Source: a virus (lineage: Duplodnaviria; Caudoviricetes). From it: DNA of 64,000 bases. Location: the IMG/VR virus record IMGVR_UViG_3300034095_001474, positions 32,001 to 96,000 of that record. One strand, written 5' to 3'. This document shows positions 54,943-64,000 of the stretch, piece after piece. Under the pieces are notes generated by a model that was not told the DNA's origin, did not search any database, and worked only from the letters and a program-made list of their open reading frames with translations. Each line of letters begins with the position of its first letter. Within the stretch, counting starts at the first letter, position 1. Position numbers and translations under genes: made by a program.

Positions 54943-56506
54943 ATTTGAACGTAGTGTACTCACCATTTTGAAAATTTATATGTTGGGCTCTACCATCTTC
55001 ATGTATTATAACATGTGATTGTAACCATGAACTTGGTCCTATATTGTAACCTACACGTAGTTTTGTAGATGTACCTACTGCTAATCCACCATCTTTTCTT
55101 CCAGGTGAGTGATAATGTCCTACTACACATTTAGTATTTAGTTTTCTAAACTGTAACAATGACCCACGACTTCCGTTAGCACCAACATCACCATGTTGTC
55201 CCAACTCCCAATCTTTAACTTTGAATGAAGTACTTCTATCCAACGTTGTCATCTTAGGGAAATTCTTCTCAATCAAATAAGGAATTATACCTTTAGGTGC
55301 ATCACCTTTCAAAATAGCATGTGAATATTCAATATACTCCAACGCATTTTTGATGTTCTTCTTCCAATCATTGTTAATAAGCCATCTATCGATAAAGTCA
55401 TCGTGGTTACTTCTAACGATAGTTACGTTGTATTTCTCAACTTTCTTCAACCACTCCAACATGTTTTCAACCTCACGTTTTACAGAGTTTGTACCATCTT
55501 GTTCTCTACGATATAATTGGAACGCATCTTTTGATTCGTGGTGACTAATAGAATGACCATCAAATACATCATGCAATACAACGTTTGCTGGTTTTAAGTT
55601 CTTTAACAACACATTAAGAGTTACATCAATAACTTCATCATCATGATGACCTAAGTGTAAATCACCCAACACAACTGCTGCAATTGTTTTTACTCTAGAA
55701 ACGTTACCTTTGGATACATTATGATACAAATCAGTAAACTCACCAGTTTTGTCATCAGCTGTTACTTGTCTGATAAAGAAAACTTCATCATCTTTAATCT
55801 CAACGATACAAAATCCGAATGTGTGGTGAAAATCACCTACCTTTCCAGACTTTGAATCAGTATAATTCTTTTCTGTAATCGAACCAGTGGTAAGCATTAT
55901 TTTAGGTACGTTACCATCTAGTACTGGAATCATTTCCATTTGTACTTTAGGTGCACCGAAAATACATGAATTCATACCACTTAAAGCATTCATACCAGTC
56001 ATTGGATTAACCGCAGTAGGTTGTACCTTGATATCACTCATGATACTAACGTATTTGTGTATGTCATGTCTGTTCGCATCCAAGTATTTTAAGATACTTT
56101 GGTCCCAAAATTCATTGTCTTCTTGCTCTGTAGTCCATGTACTAGTAGGGTTTTTGTATCTACCAGCGATAACATGTACAGATGCATTGATATATTCAGC
56201 GTATGCCTCTATGTTTTTAAGTAATCCAGAGTTAACTGGTGTGTTGTTTTGAGCCCATGTAACGATAAAACGCTTTTTATTGGTATCAAACTCCTTATTT
56301 TGAGCTAAAGTATATTGTTCTGGTACAACTTCATCTCTTTCTTTAAGTTTTAGCTTCTCTGAAACCCATTTTCTAATGGTTCTTTGTGTTACACCGAACT
56401 CAACAGCTAAATTATCAGCCCTTTTATCCCAAGATGTATTACCTTTGTCATTATAAACAGCAGTAATGTAATCTATTTGCAATTCTGTTAACTTTTTAAA
56501 CTTCAT
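54941..56506 (-). CDS. HTH plus calcineurin-like phosphoesterase protein
   Basis: N-terminal HTH (LAVEFGVTQRTIRKW); GDLH, LHDVFD, SNHD, HGD, GHYHS. Confidence 0.75.
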   Translation of the reverse strand: MKFKKLTELQIDYITAVYNDKGNTSWDKRADNLAVEFGVTQRTIRKWVSEKLKLKERDEVVPEQYTLAQNKEFDTNKKRFIVTWAQNNTPVNSGLLKNIEAYAEYINASVHVIAGRYKNPTSTWTTEQEDNEFWDQSILKYLDANRHDIHKYVSIMSDIKVQPTAVNPMTGMNALSGMNSCIFGAPKVQMEMIPVLDGNVPKIMLTTGSITEKNYTDSKSGKVGDFHHTFGFCIVEIKDDEVFFIRQVTADDKTGEFTDLYHNVSKGNVSRVKTIAAVVLGDLHLGHHDDEVIDVTLNVLLKNLKPANVVLHDVFDGHSISHHESKDAFQLYRREQDGTNSVKREVENMLEWLKKVEKYNVTIVRSNHDDFIDRWLINNDWKKNIKNALEYIEYSHAILKGDAPKGIIPYLIEKNFPKMTTLDRSTSFKVKDWELGQHGDVGANGSRGSLLQFRKLNTKCVVGHYHSPGRKDGGLAVGTSTKLRVGYNIGPSSWLQSHVIIHEDGRAQHINFQNGEYTTFK

Positions 56507-56534
56507 ATTTTTAAATTTATGTAAATATACAATT

Positions 56535-57071
56535 TTATATTGAAGGATACAACTTTGAAAGTGTTTTTTTCATCTTTATTTTACTTCTAAGTAGGTTTGT
56601 CTTAGATGAACTAACACTAATACCCAAAATTTTAGCTATTTCTTGATGGGATTTCTCTTCCAAGTAATACAAAGTAACAACTTTCTTATATTGAGGTGAT
56701 AAACTATCAATCAAAGTGGATATGTCGTTTATGAATATATCATAAAACGATTCTTGTTCATAATAATTAAACAAACCATCATGTATTTCAACCATGTTTA
56801 TATTCTTTTTCTTTCTATATAAGTCTATAGTTCTATTTTTAACGATTACTCGCATCCAAGCCTCTAGACTAGCTGTAGTGTTACCATTAAATCTATATAT
56901 GTTTTCATATATACTAATAAATGATTCTTGTACTAGGTCTTGCACATCGCTACCACCGTTAGAATATTTGTAAGCAACACTTAACATCTTTTGATAAAAG
57001 AGTTTATGTAACATATATTGAGCTCTAGAGTTGTTATCTTTGCAACCTTGAACAATTTTATCCAGTTCCAT
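56535..57071 (-). CDS. ECF-type RNA polymerase sigma factor
   Basis: AQ..L..Y, DLVQE.F, W...I..N..ID, L.YLE..SH.EIA..LGIS..SK..L.R. Confidence 0.9.
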   Translation of the reverse strand: MELDKIVQGCKDNNSRAQYMLHKLFYQKMLSVAYKYSNGGSDVQDLVQESFISIYENIYRFNGNTTASLEAWMRVIVKNRTIDLYRKKKNINMVEIHDGLFNYYEQESFYDIFINDISTLIDSLSPQYKKVVTLYYLEEKSHQEIAKILGISVSSSKTNLLRSKIKMKKTLSKLYPSI

Positions 57072-57085
57072 TATTTTGTTTTTAG

Positions 57086-57328
57086 TTACCAACTACCAAC
57101 ATCAGTCAAATCCAATTTAGTACCATCAGCACATTTAACCACTTCTATCACACCTAAACCAGTAGGTGTGAAACAGAATGTGTATGCACCACCAATAGCA
57201 CCAACATTAACTTCACCCTTTGCCTTGTTCTTTTCAATACGCCATGTATCGAATTTTTTCATTTGCTCTGCTGTTAGAGTAAATGTACGGTCTTCATAGA
57301 CCTTTTCTTTTTTATCGCTCACTATCAA
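57086..57328 (-). CDS. hypothetical protein
   Basis: GAIGG.Y.F.FTPTGLG family. Confidence 0.75.
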   Translation of the reverse strand: MIVSDKKEKVYEDRTFTLTAEQMKKFDTWRIEKNKAKGEVNVGAIGGAYTFCFTPTGLGVIEVVKCADGTKLDLTDVGSW

Positions 57329-57436
57329 TAGTTATAAATAAAATAAATACTAACCAACCCCAACCTTCTGTTCCGTTAGAGGCTAGATATACAATACCAC
57401 CTATCATGGCCAATTGTAGTAATCTCATTGATGACA

Positions 57437-58483
57437 TCATACTGTTTCTAATTTTTTACCTTTTAATACTTCGTAACTCAAATTATTATTGATAGCGGCA
57501 ATTGCCAAACCAATTTGTTCTGCAACACTAATAACAATTGTTTTTTCACAACCTTTGATAATGTTATAACATTTTGTTTCATTAAATTCTTTATTACATA
57601 ACTCATTAGCAGTCTTCAATGCTAATGAATCACTAATAATAAGCGATTCTAATTTGCTTTCACCAATTCGTTCCATCGCTGGACCAGACAATACACCATG
57701 ACTGATTATTGCTCTAACTGATTTAGCACCAGCATCTTTCAACACTTCAGCAGCTTTACACAATGTTCCAGCTGTATCAACCATGTCATCCAAGATGATA
57801 ACGTGTTTATCTTTAACATCACCGATTATAACCATTTCATCAATTACATTGGCTTTGCTACGAGTTTTGTCTAACATAACATAATTAAGATTGATATTGT
57901 GTCTTTTCATCAATTGGTCTTTCATACGTTTTACACGTTTACCAGAACCAGCATCTGGTCCACATAAAATTGTTTCACCATCAAAAAATTTAGTCATTTC
58001 AGCTATGTGTTTATCAAACACGTTTTTACCTTCGATGTGTGTTAGTGGTATGTTGAAGAATCCTTGTATTTGGTCAGCATGTAAATCAAATGTAATTACA
58101 GATGTTGAACCACGATGTTCTAGCATTTCAGCTATAATTTTAGCACCGATTGGTCCTCTACTTTGGTCTTTCTTATCTTGACGAGCATAAGGAAAATATG
58201 GTAAAATCGGTATGATTTCTTTAGCCGCACCACGTTTAGCTGCATCTATTGCTAAATTCAATTTCATTATTTCATCAGAGTTATTTGGACTTGATAAAAT
58301 ATAAACACGTTTACCTCTAACCGAATCAGTAAAATCAACACATAACTCTCCATCAGAGAATTTTTGAGTTCTTAATTTACCCAACCCTAATTCTTCGTCA
58401 CGCATAAGAATATTTGTTTCTTCTAAAATAGCGTTTGTTAGTTCATCTCCAACATTTAATGAGAATAATAATGAATTATACAT
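57437..58483 (-). CDS. prs: ribose-phosphate pyrophosphokinase (PRS family)
   Basis: FSDGE, PYFPYARQDK, DLHADQIQGFF, PDAG, DDMVDTAGT. Confidence 0.9.
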   Translation of the reverse strand: MYNSLLFSLNVGDELTNAILEETNILMRDEELGLGKLRTQKFSDGELCVDFTDSVRGKRVYILSSPNNSDEIMKLNLAIDAAKRGAAKEIIPILPYFPYARQDKKDQSRGPIGAKIIAEMLEHRGSTSVITFDLHADQIQGFFNIPLTHIEGKNVFDKHIAEMTKFFDGETILCGPDAGSGKRVKRMKDQLMKRHNINLNYVMLDKTRSKANVIDEMVIIGDVKDKHVIILDDMVDTAGTLCKAAEVLKDAGAKSVRAIISHGVLSGPAMERIGESKLESLIISDSLALKTANELCNKEFNETKCYNIIKGCEKTIVISVAEQIGLAIAAINNNLSYEVLKGKKLETV

Positions 58484-58503
58484 ATTTTTAATTTTAAAGA
58501 TTT

Positions 58504-58671
58504 TTATATTCTGTCAGCCATGCTTATCAACATAGTAGCAGCCATTATCATAAGAAATTGAATGAAACCTATTTGGGTAAATAAGCTATATCTTTCACTT
58601 TCAACTCTACCCATATCTATCGATTTGAATATTAGGAAATATCCTAAGAAATATATTAAAAATTGTATCAT
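58504..58671 (-). CDS. small membrane protein
   Basis: two TM. Confidence 0.55.
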   Translation of the reverse strand: MIQFLIYFLGYFLIFKSIDMGRVESERYSLFTQIGFIQFLMIMAATMLISMADRI

Positions 58672-58672
58672 T

Positions 58673-58864
58673 TTATATTTCTTTAACAATGTATTCCCAA
58701 CCAGAATCAGAGTTCTCAGTCAATATATTGGCCCAGTTTTGAGCTTCTGTGTTATCCTCAAATTCTAACACCTCATGGCTAGAATCCAATAAAACAACGT
58801 TTAATGTTTTACCATTTGCTTGTACTATCTTCTTGATAATACAAAAACTTTTTACAATTTTCAT
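58673..58864 (-). CDS. hypothetical protein
   Basis: ORF, own promoter. Confidence 0.7.
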   Translation of the reverse strand: MKIVKSFCIIKKIVQANGKTLNVVLLDSSHEVLEFEDNTEAQNWANILTENSDSGWEYIVKEI

Positions 58865-58930
58865 ATTTTATATTTTTTTAATTAATACAAAGGTATAAAT
58901 AATATTTTGAATAAACAAGAAAAAGGTGAG

Positions 58931-59287
58931 TTATTTCACCTTTTTCCAGTTTCTATCGTGATATTTTGTTTTGTAACCACCTAATTGAAAACTTTGGTTA
59001 TGTAATATGACATCCAAAGCAACTGGCAACTCACCATATAGTTTGTCCCATTCCTCTTTTTGTTCATCACTATATTCAGCATAATCCTCAGTTTCAAATG
59101 GGTTAACATCTTCTGGTCTACCATTAAGAATTAAATCGATAGCTTCATAGATGTTATTTTCACCGAAAGGTAAAGACTCTTCTTCATCATCTATCCCAAC
59201 AATAAGATTGTTTTTGTCTTTGCTCCAACGCAAATGTTTTAACAATTTTATATGTTCTTCTTTTAATTCAAACTTTAATACACTCAT
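58931..59287 (-). CDS. hypothetical protein
   Basis: FELKEEHIKLL family. Confidence 0.75.
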   Translation of the reverse strand: MSVLKFELKEEHIKLLKHLRWSKDKNNLIVGIDDEEESLPFGENNIYEAIDLILNGRPEDVNPFETEDYAEYSDEQKEEWDKLYGELPVALDVILHNQSFQLGGYKTKYHDRNWKKVK

Positions 59288-59289
59288 AG

Positions 59290-59652
59290 TTAAAACGGTA
59301 AATCATCATCGCTTGGAGCGTTATTGAAAACAGCTGACTTAGTTTTCGTTTTTGTCTCCGTTTTACCGTTGACTGTTTCACTTACAATACCAGCAATCGC
59401 AATCGCTCTGTTGCTAGTGTAATACTTTCCTTGGTATTCATTACCCATCAACTTAAAGATGATAGTTACAGCTTCACCTTCAATAAAATTGTCTAGTGCG
59501 TTGATGCCATTTTCATCAGCAAATTCAAATTTGATGTCTTGTGGGTATTCATCATCTGAAACCACGACAAATTCTCTCTTTTTGAAATTGTTCTTAAACT
59601 CTTGGGTGTCAAATACCAATTTGATAGTCCCATTAAACTTGTGATAATCCAT
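59290..59652 (-). CDS. DUF3127 protein (Bacteroidota SSB-like)
   Basis: F.KREFVV..YPQ.I.F, F.L.G.E..G.YY, acidic DDDLPF tail. Confidence 0.85.
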   Translation of the reverse strand: MDYHKFNGTIKLVFDTQEFKNNFKKREFVVVSDDEYPQDIKFEFADENGINALDNFIEGEAVTIIFKLMGNEYQGKYYTSNRAIAIAGIVSETVNGKTETKTKTKSAVFNNAPSDDDLPF

Positions 59653-59664
59653 ATTCTTTTTTTT

Positions 59665-60387
59665 TTATTTTGTTATTAATTCATTTACTATTTCTGTTAT
59701 GCCTTCAACAGCATTTTTTCTAATGTACTCTACTTTAAGTCCGTAGTTAGACAAATAGTTCATTGGCTCTGGGTCAACGTAGATGATTCTACACGCATCA
59801 TTTTTGTCAGATACTTTTTGTCTAACGTTTGTAAGTACGTCCAATGTATAACCAATTTGTAAACTAGTTCCAACAACTATAAGAATATCTGCGTTGTAAA
59901 CTGCATCATAAGCTTCATCAACTCTATGTGGCATTTCTCCAAACCAAACTATGTCTGGTCTTAATTGAGAACCATTTTCTGGACACTTTGTACCCAATTC
60001 AATATCGTTGTAACCAACATGATATTTATTTTTTTTGGTCATACTATCACATGCCATGTTCAAAGCACCATGCAAATGAACAACATTGTGACAATTTGCT
60101 CTTTCTAACAAGTCAGATACATTTTGAGTTAAATGAATCACTTCATAGTCTTCTTCTAACTTACTCAAAGCCAAGTGAGCACCATTGGGTTCAACCTCTG
60201 GCATTTGTCTTCTACGTTCATTGTAGAAATTTAAAACTGTTTCACGTGATTGTCTCCAACCATTTGGTGTTGCTACATCATCAATCTTATGATTATTCCA
60301 CAACCCATCTATACAATCACGAAACGTTAGGACTCCAGACTCTCTATCTAATCCAGCACCGCTGAATATTACTATTTTCTTTTTCAT
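59665..60387 (-). CDS. cobB: Sir2-family NAD-dependent deacylase
   Basis: GAG..ESG..TFRD, PN.AH, TQNV.DL.ERA, HLHG, LRPDIVWFGE, GTSL. Confidence 0.9.
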   Translation of the reverse strand: MKKKIVIFSGAGLDRESGVLTFRDCIDGLWNNHKIDDVATPNGWRQSRETVLNFYNERRRQMPEVEPNGAHLALSKLEEDYEVIHLTQNVSDLLERANCHNVVHLHGALNMACDSMTKKNKYHVGYNDIELGTKCPENGSQLRPDIVWFGEMPHRVDEAYDAVYNADILIVVGTSLQIGYTLDVLTNVRQKVSDKNDACRIIYVDPEPMNYLSNYGLKVEYIRKNAVEGITEIVNELITK

Positions 60388-60707
60388 GATAATCTTTGTT
60401 TAGCCTTTATTCCTCTTATTGTGTAACCAATAATTTTAATCATGAAGAAAAATCCACCTACATAACCAAAATTATACCAACCACCATTGTTATTCACCGC
60501 ATATACAGCAACATCATTCCATATAAGACTACCTATAAACGATGGAACCATAATTATTCCATGCCATGTCCCCCCCCAGAAACCATATGTGTGTTCTGTT
60601 GATGGTAAACATGCTTGTACATGTGATACATCAGCACAACTTGTTAGTGTGAAAATTGCAACAACTATTGCAATTATAATCAATCCTACTGTTCTTTTTT
60701 TTCTCAT
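60384..60707 (-). CDS. membrane lipoprotein
   Basis: LTSC lipobox; GFW.G.WHG..NNG.WY.FG. Confidence 0.75.
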   Translation of the reverse strand: MRKKRTVGLIIIAIVVAIFTLTSCADVSHVQACLPSTEHTYGFWGGTWHGIIMVPSFIGSLIWNDVAVYAVNNNGGWYNFGYVGGFFFMIKIIGYTIRGIKAKQRLS

Positions 60708-61141
60708 TGTTCTTTTTTAATTGTTAAATATTCATTAACCAATATCCAATCAGTATCGCCATTGAAGCCAGCTTTGTCTTCAAACAATACATTCATGTAA
60801 GGTTTTTTATCGTAGTTACCATAACCTTCAAGGTTGGTTGCTATCTCTGGATTCTCATTGATGTAATCAAAATGAATGTTATTCTCTTTGAAATACTCAA
60901 TGTATTGTTCAATCTCGTGTGGATGTGAACATGTGTAAAGAATCATTACAACATCTTCCATCTCGCTAATCATCTGAAGTGTTTCTTTAGCAAATGGGTA
61001 GAACTCTTTTGGAATATTACCATACTCGTAATTGGGTTTTAGAATTGTACCATGGATGTCAAACACCCAATATGTTTTATCCCAATTTCTATTGAACATG
61101 TGTTCATAATGATTAATTTCTATTGACCTTACTATACTCAT
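60704..61141 (-). CDS. HAD-like hydrolase
   Basis: FDIHGTI, LYTCS, YINENP, KPY..DKAGF. Confidence 0.75.
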   Translation of the reverse strand: MSIVRSIEINHYEHMFNRNWDKTYWVFDIHGTILKPNYEYGNIPKEFYPFAKETLQMISEMEDVVMILYTCSHPHEIEQYIEYFKENNIHFDYINENPEIATNLEGYGNYDKKPYMNVLFEDKAGFNGDTDWILVNEYLTIKKEQ

Positions 61142-61144
61142 ATT

Positions 61145-61324
61145 TTATAAATTAAAAATTTTTTTGAAATCTTCCCTTTTCATTGAAAAATACGCATCTT
61201 CATTTTTAAAAAAAACTGTATCACCCATATATGTTAAATTTGTTGGTGTCCATTTAGAAACATCATCAATCTTTAATATTTTAGAACCCTCATTGGCAAA
61301 ACCAACATTTACATCTGTATCCAT
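61145..61324 (-). CDS. small hypothetical protein
   Basis: hand-translated 59 aa, coupled to dCMP deaminase. Confidence 0.55.
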   Translation of the reverse strand: MDTDVNVGFANEGSKILKIDDVSKWTPTNLTYMGDTVFFKNEDAYFSMKREDFKKIFNL

Positions 61325-61758
61325 TAAAATAAAAGTATTTCGATATTAGCTTCCTTCATCATTTGAATCGCAGCTTTGAAGTGTTCACCCCATACTTCGT
61401 GGCTCAAATTTGGTTCTGGTGCTATTAGTTTTGTTATTCCAGATTGAATCATTGCTCTCGCACAATCAGCACATGGAAATAAAGTTACATACATTTTACA
61501 ACCTTTCAATGATACACCGTGTCTTGCTGAATGATATATTGCGTTTCTTTCAGCATGTTCTGTAAAAAAATACTTTGTTGGTCTTTCATATCTAGATTCA
61601 TCTGTATCATCACAACCTCTAGGTATACCGTTATACCCCATAGACAACACTATATTATCGCTATCAACAATTACTGCACCTACTTTTTTGTTTTTATCTT
61701 TACTCCAAACTGATATGTGCTTAGACAATTTGATAAACTTTTTATCCCATTTTTCCAT
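61324..61758 (-). CDS. dCMP deaminase
   Basis: KVGAVIV, GYNG.PRG, HAERNAI, PCADC. Confidence 0.9.
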   Translation of the reverse strand: MEKWDKKFIKLSKHISVWSKDKNKKVGAVIVDSDNIVLSMGYNGIPRGCDDTDESRYERPTKYFFTEHAERNAIYHSARHGVSLKGCKMYVTLFPCADCARAMIQSGITKLIAPEPNLSHEVWGEHFKAAIQMMKEANIEILLF

Positions 61759-62224
61759 TTAACTTTTCAATTATTGTTTCACGTATTCCTTTACGTTTTA
61801 TTCCATCTTGATGATTAGGGCAGAGTACAAAGTTTGGGTGTAACCACTCATCCATATTCAAATCGTCAACTGCAACCCACTTTACATCATTCTTCCATGC
61901 ATGCAATTCTAACCAAGCTTTAATCTCATCTGCCCGACCACCTTCAAGGTTCGTACCAGTGTATGTTTTCATTGATGGTGTAAACCCAATTGGTCCTTTC
62001 AACACACAGTTATGTGCGAAGATTTCACGCATCTCTTGTAATGTGTAAGTATTTCTCCAATCAGATGACAATATAATCTCAGCTCCAGTTTCTTGGAGTA
62101 TAAAATTAAATGCTGCAACACACTTAACATCAAACATATATGAACCCCATTTGTTTTTTGTTCCAACACCATATGTTGAATTTGTTGCTAAAACGCCATC
62201 AATATCTAAAAATATATATTTCAT
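61742..62224 (-). CDS. HAD phosphatase, Swiss-Army-Knife RNA-repair type (HAD_SAK_2-like)
   Basis: FLDIDGVL, IILSSDWR, R..EI..WL, WVAVDD. Confidence 0.85.
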   Translation of the reverse strand: MKYIFLDIDGVLATNSTYGVGTKNKWGSYMFDVKCVAAFNFILQETGAEIILSSDWRNTYTLQEMREIFAHNCVLKGPIGFTPSMKTYTGTNLEGGRADEIKAWLELHAWKNDVKWVAVDDLNMDEWLHPNFVLCPNHQDGIKRKGIRETIIEKLNGKMG

Positions 62225-62254
62225 ATTACAAAGGTACTAAAAATAATCTAAAAA

Positions 62255-62554
62255 TCAAATGTTTTCTTCTTTTTTCTTTAAAAAAGCATATCTAATAATC
62301 ATACCACCATGTGTTACCCCTTCATAAGGTATAGAAACAAGGGGTTGCATATCATAAATTAAAAGACCTTCAACAGAACTATAATTAGGATGTGTGTTGA
62401 TTCTTTCTTCCTTTCTAATCAACCATTCCCTAAAAGTTTCCTCTGATTTCATACACTCACTAGTCACACACCAATAAACTACTCTACCATCAATTAATTG
62501 TGGTTCAACAGTGTTTTCGTTTTGTAATACTTTATCAACAAAGATTACTTTCAT
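62255..62554 (-). CDS. hypothetical protein
   Basis: ORF in operon. Confidence 0.65.
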   Translation of the reverse strand: MKVIFVDKVLQNENTVEPQLIDGRVVYWCVTSECMKSEETFREWLIRKEERINTHPNYSSVEGLLIYDMQPLVSIPYEGVTHGGMIIRYAFLKKKEENI

Positions 62555-63006
62555 GGTACGTATTGAACAATCGTTACATACTCACCAATCATTTCATCCT
62601 CAATGATTTTCTCAATGATATCCCAATCACCACCAGCCAAACCAGCACCAATCATTGGCAATCCAAATGTTTTACCAGAGAACTTTTCTTTCATTTCTTT
62701 CAAACCAGAACGCAAAGCATCATAGTCTAAATCCATATTACCACTACGTCTACCTTTGGTATCGTATTGTGAATAAATGTTTACAATTGTTGGTTTACTG
62801 TAAACAGTATGAGAAATAGTCCCCATCTTTGATTCATCACCAGCAACTGTCTCACAGTCAGCTTCAAATGCTTCTGGAAACGCATTTTTAATTTGTGGTG
62901 CGATACCAGCACCCATAGCACAGAAACAGTTACAACCATGTGCTATTACATCGAATTTCCCTTCTTTGGCCATTTTCACTAAATCGCCTTCTACATATCT
63001 AATCAT
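62551..63006 (-). CDS. macrodomain protein (ADP-ribose binding/hydrolase)
   Basis: GDL, HGCNC..MGAGIA, N.YSQ, PMIGAGLAGGDW. Confidence 0.9.
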   Translation of the reverse strand: MIRYVEGDLVKMAKEGKFDVIAHGCNCFCAMGAGIAPQIKNAFPEAFEADCETVAGDESKMGTISHTVYSKPTIVNIYSQYDTKGRRSGNMDLDYDALRSGLKEMKEKFSGKTFGLPMIGAGLAGGDWDIIEKIIEDEMIGEYVTIVQYVP

Positions 63007-64000
63007 TATACTAATTGTTTATTTAATGTTATTATTCTTGCTCTATAACGTATATCTTCAAATGGTGTTTCAGTTAATAGTTTACCATTTTCAAAAACTG
63101 TTCTTAATTCATCACGTGATTCAACATACGTATCTTCCAATGATGTCACAGTGTAGTATTTACCAGTTGTATAGTGTTTAACCAATTTCAAACGACCTTG
63201 TTTAGATTTTTTGAATGATGGTTTCAAATCTCCATTCTCATCAACCTCTGTTGGTGATTTAACCAAATCACGGTGTTCACCATTTACTACTGCGAAACAT
63301 GCTTTTGTTGCAAAGTTTTGTGTATCTCTGTTGATATCAGCTTGTAACAATTTACCACCCATACCAAACACAATGTTTTCAGCAGAAATACCCAAAGAAG
63401 TCAACTCTTCGTAAATTTCAATAATTGAATTGATGTTTACACCATCACCTTGAATTACACGTACTTGTGGAGGTAAAACTTTGAAACCTTTATCGTTTAC
63501 GGTGTAACCAAATTTGTCAAACAAGATTGCAAACACTTCTTTTAATGTGTTGATAACGTGACCAGAATCTGGACGGATAACTAGTTGATTACCTGGAGTT
63601 GCTGGACGAGATAAAATCAAATCACGTAACTCAGTTCCCCATTTCTCAGAACATGCACGCAAGATATGGTAAGAGTCAGATACACACGCTACAATACCAG
63701 TAGGATATTGTTCCAACACACGTTTCATCATTTCAACTTCACCTTCTTCACCTTTCATAGTCATGATAGAGTGTTCAGTTGCTGGAACTGATTTACCAAA
63801 TACTGTGTTGGTATTGTAGTATTCACATATGCGTTTAGATGCAACAGTTGTATCAGAACCCATAAAGTTAATCAAGTGTGCTGAACCACCAATACCAGCT
63901 GATTGAACAGAAGATACACCTCTGAAACCGAAATCATTCAATACGAACTCAACAGCTACTCTCATGATATCTCCAGGCAACGAAACTGTTTTGTCGTAAT
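63006..64000 (-). CDS. nadV: nicotinamide phosphoribosyltransferase family protein (5' end beyond window)
   Basis: DFGFRG, SVPATEHS, VSDSY, IRPDSG, IQGDG, FGMGG; frame open to window edge. Confidence 0.9.
   Translation of the reverse strand, partial: YDKTVSLPGDIMRVAVEFVLNDFGFRGVSSVQSAGIGGSAHLINFMGSDTTVASKRICEYYNTNTVFGKSVPATEHSIMTMKGEEGEVEMMKRVLEQYPTGIVACVSDSYHILRACSEKWGTELRDLILSRPATPGNQLVIRPDSGHVINTLKEVFAILFDKFGYTVNDKGFKVLPPQVRVIQGDGVNINSIIEIYEELTSLGISAENIVFGMGGKLLQADINRDTQNFATKACFAVVNGEHRDLVKSPTEVDENGDLKPSFKKSKQGRLKLVKHYTTGKYYTVTSLEDTYVESRDELRTVFENGKLLTETPFEDIRYRARIITLNKQLV

Noticed and set aside
60238-60253. Partial parS TGTTTCACGTGATTGT (another partial near 12485)
   Set aside because: Only one half-site matches, and both lie inside coding sequence.
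533-63414. All plus-strand ORFs in the track, and short alternative-frame minus ORFs (e.g. 15405, 19973, 28788, 44552, 52585)
   Set aside because: They are shadows of real minus-strand genes, with no promoter/leader context and no recognisable motifs.
1-64000. Stop-codon reassignment
   Set aside because: Known genes (rnr, smpB, infC, prs, sigma factors) are full length in code 11.

Overview
A very AT-rich 64-kb segment of a large dsDNA (jumbo-type) phage of a Bacteroidota host, probably Flavobacteriia-like. The host call rests on dozens of Bacteroidota sigma-A promoters (TTTG-N20-TAnnTTTG), SD-less leaders, a Bacteroidota-type primary sigma factor and DUF3127. Essentially all proteins are on the minus strand in standard code. 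No structural or replication module is in the window. 1-14.7 kb is an array of single-gene cassettes, each with its own promoter, often embedded in a hairpin. Five copies of an unannotated ~70-nt RNA-like element are interspersed there, each with its own plus-strand promoter. Three consensus parS sites and a ~1-kb non-coding, repeat-rich region lie at 13.85-15.65 kb. 15.6-33.8 kb holds small hypothetical genes plus two tRNA-shaped RNAs with extended anticodon arms. 34-64 kb holds host-takeover genes: two sigma factors; SmpB, RNase R, IF3, an Smr domain and an RlmN-like enzyme (a candidate ribosome-rescue set); RNA-repair HAD phosphatases; an SF2 helicase with two tandem-repeat proteins; and PRS, Sir2, macrodomain and NAMPT (NAD salvage). 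All calls are by-eye motif recognition, and no searches or folding programs were run.
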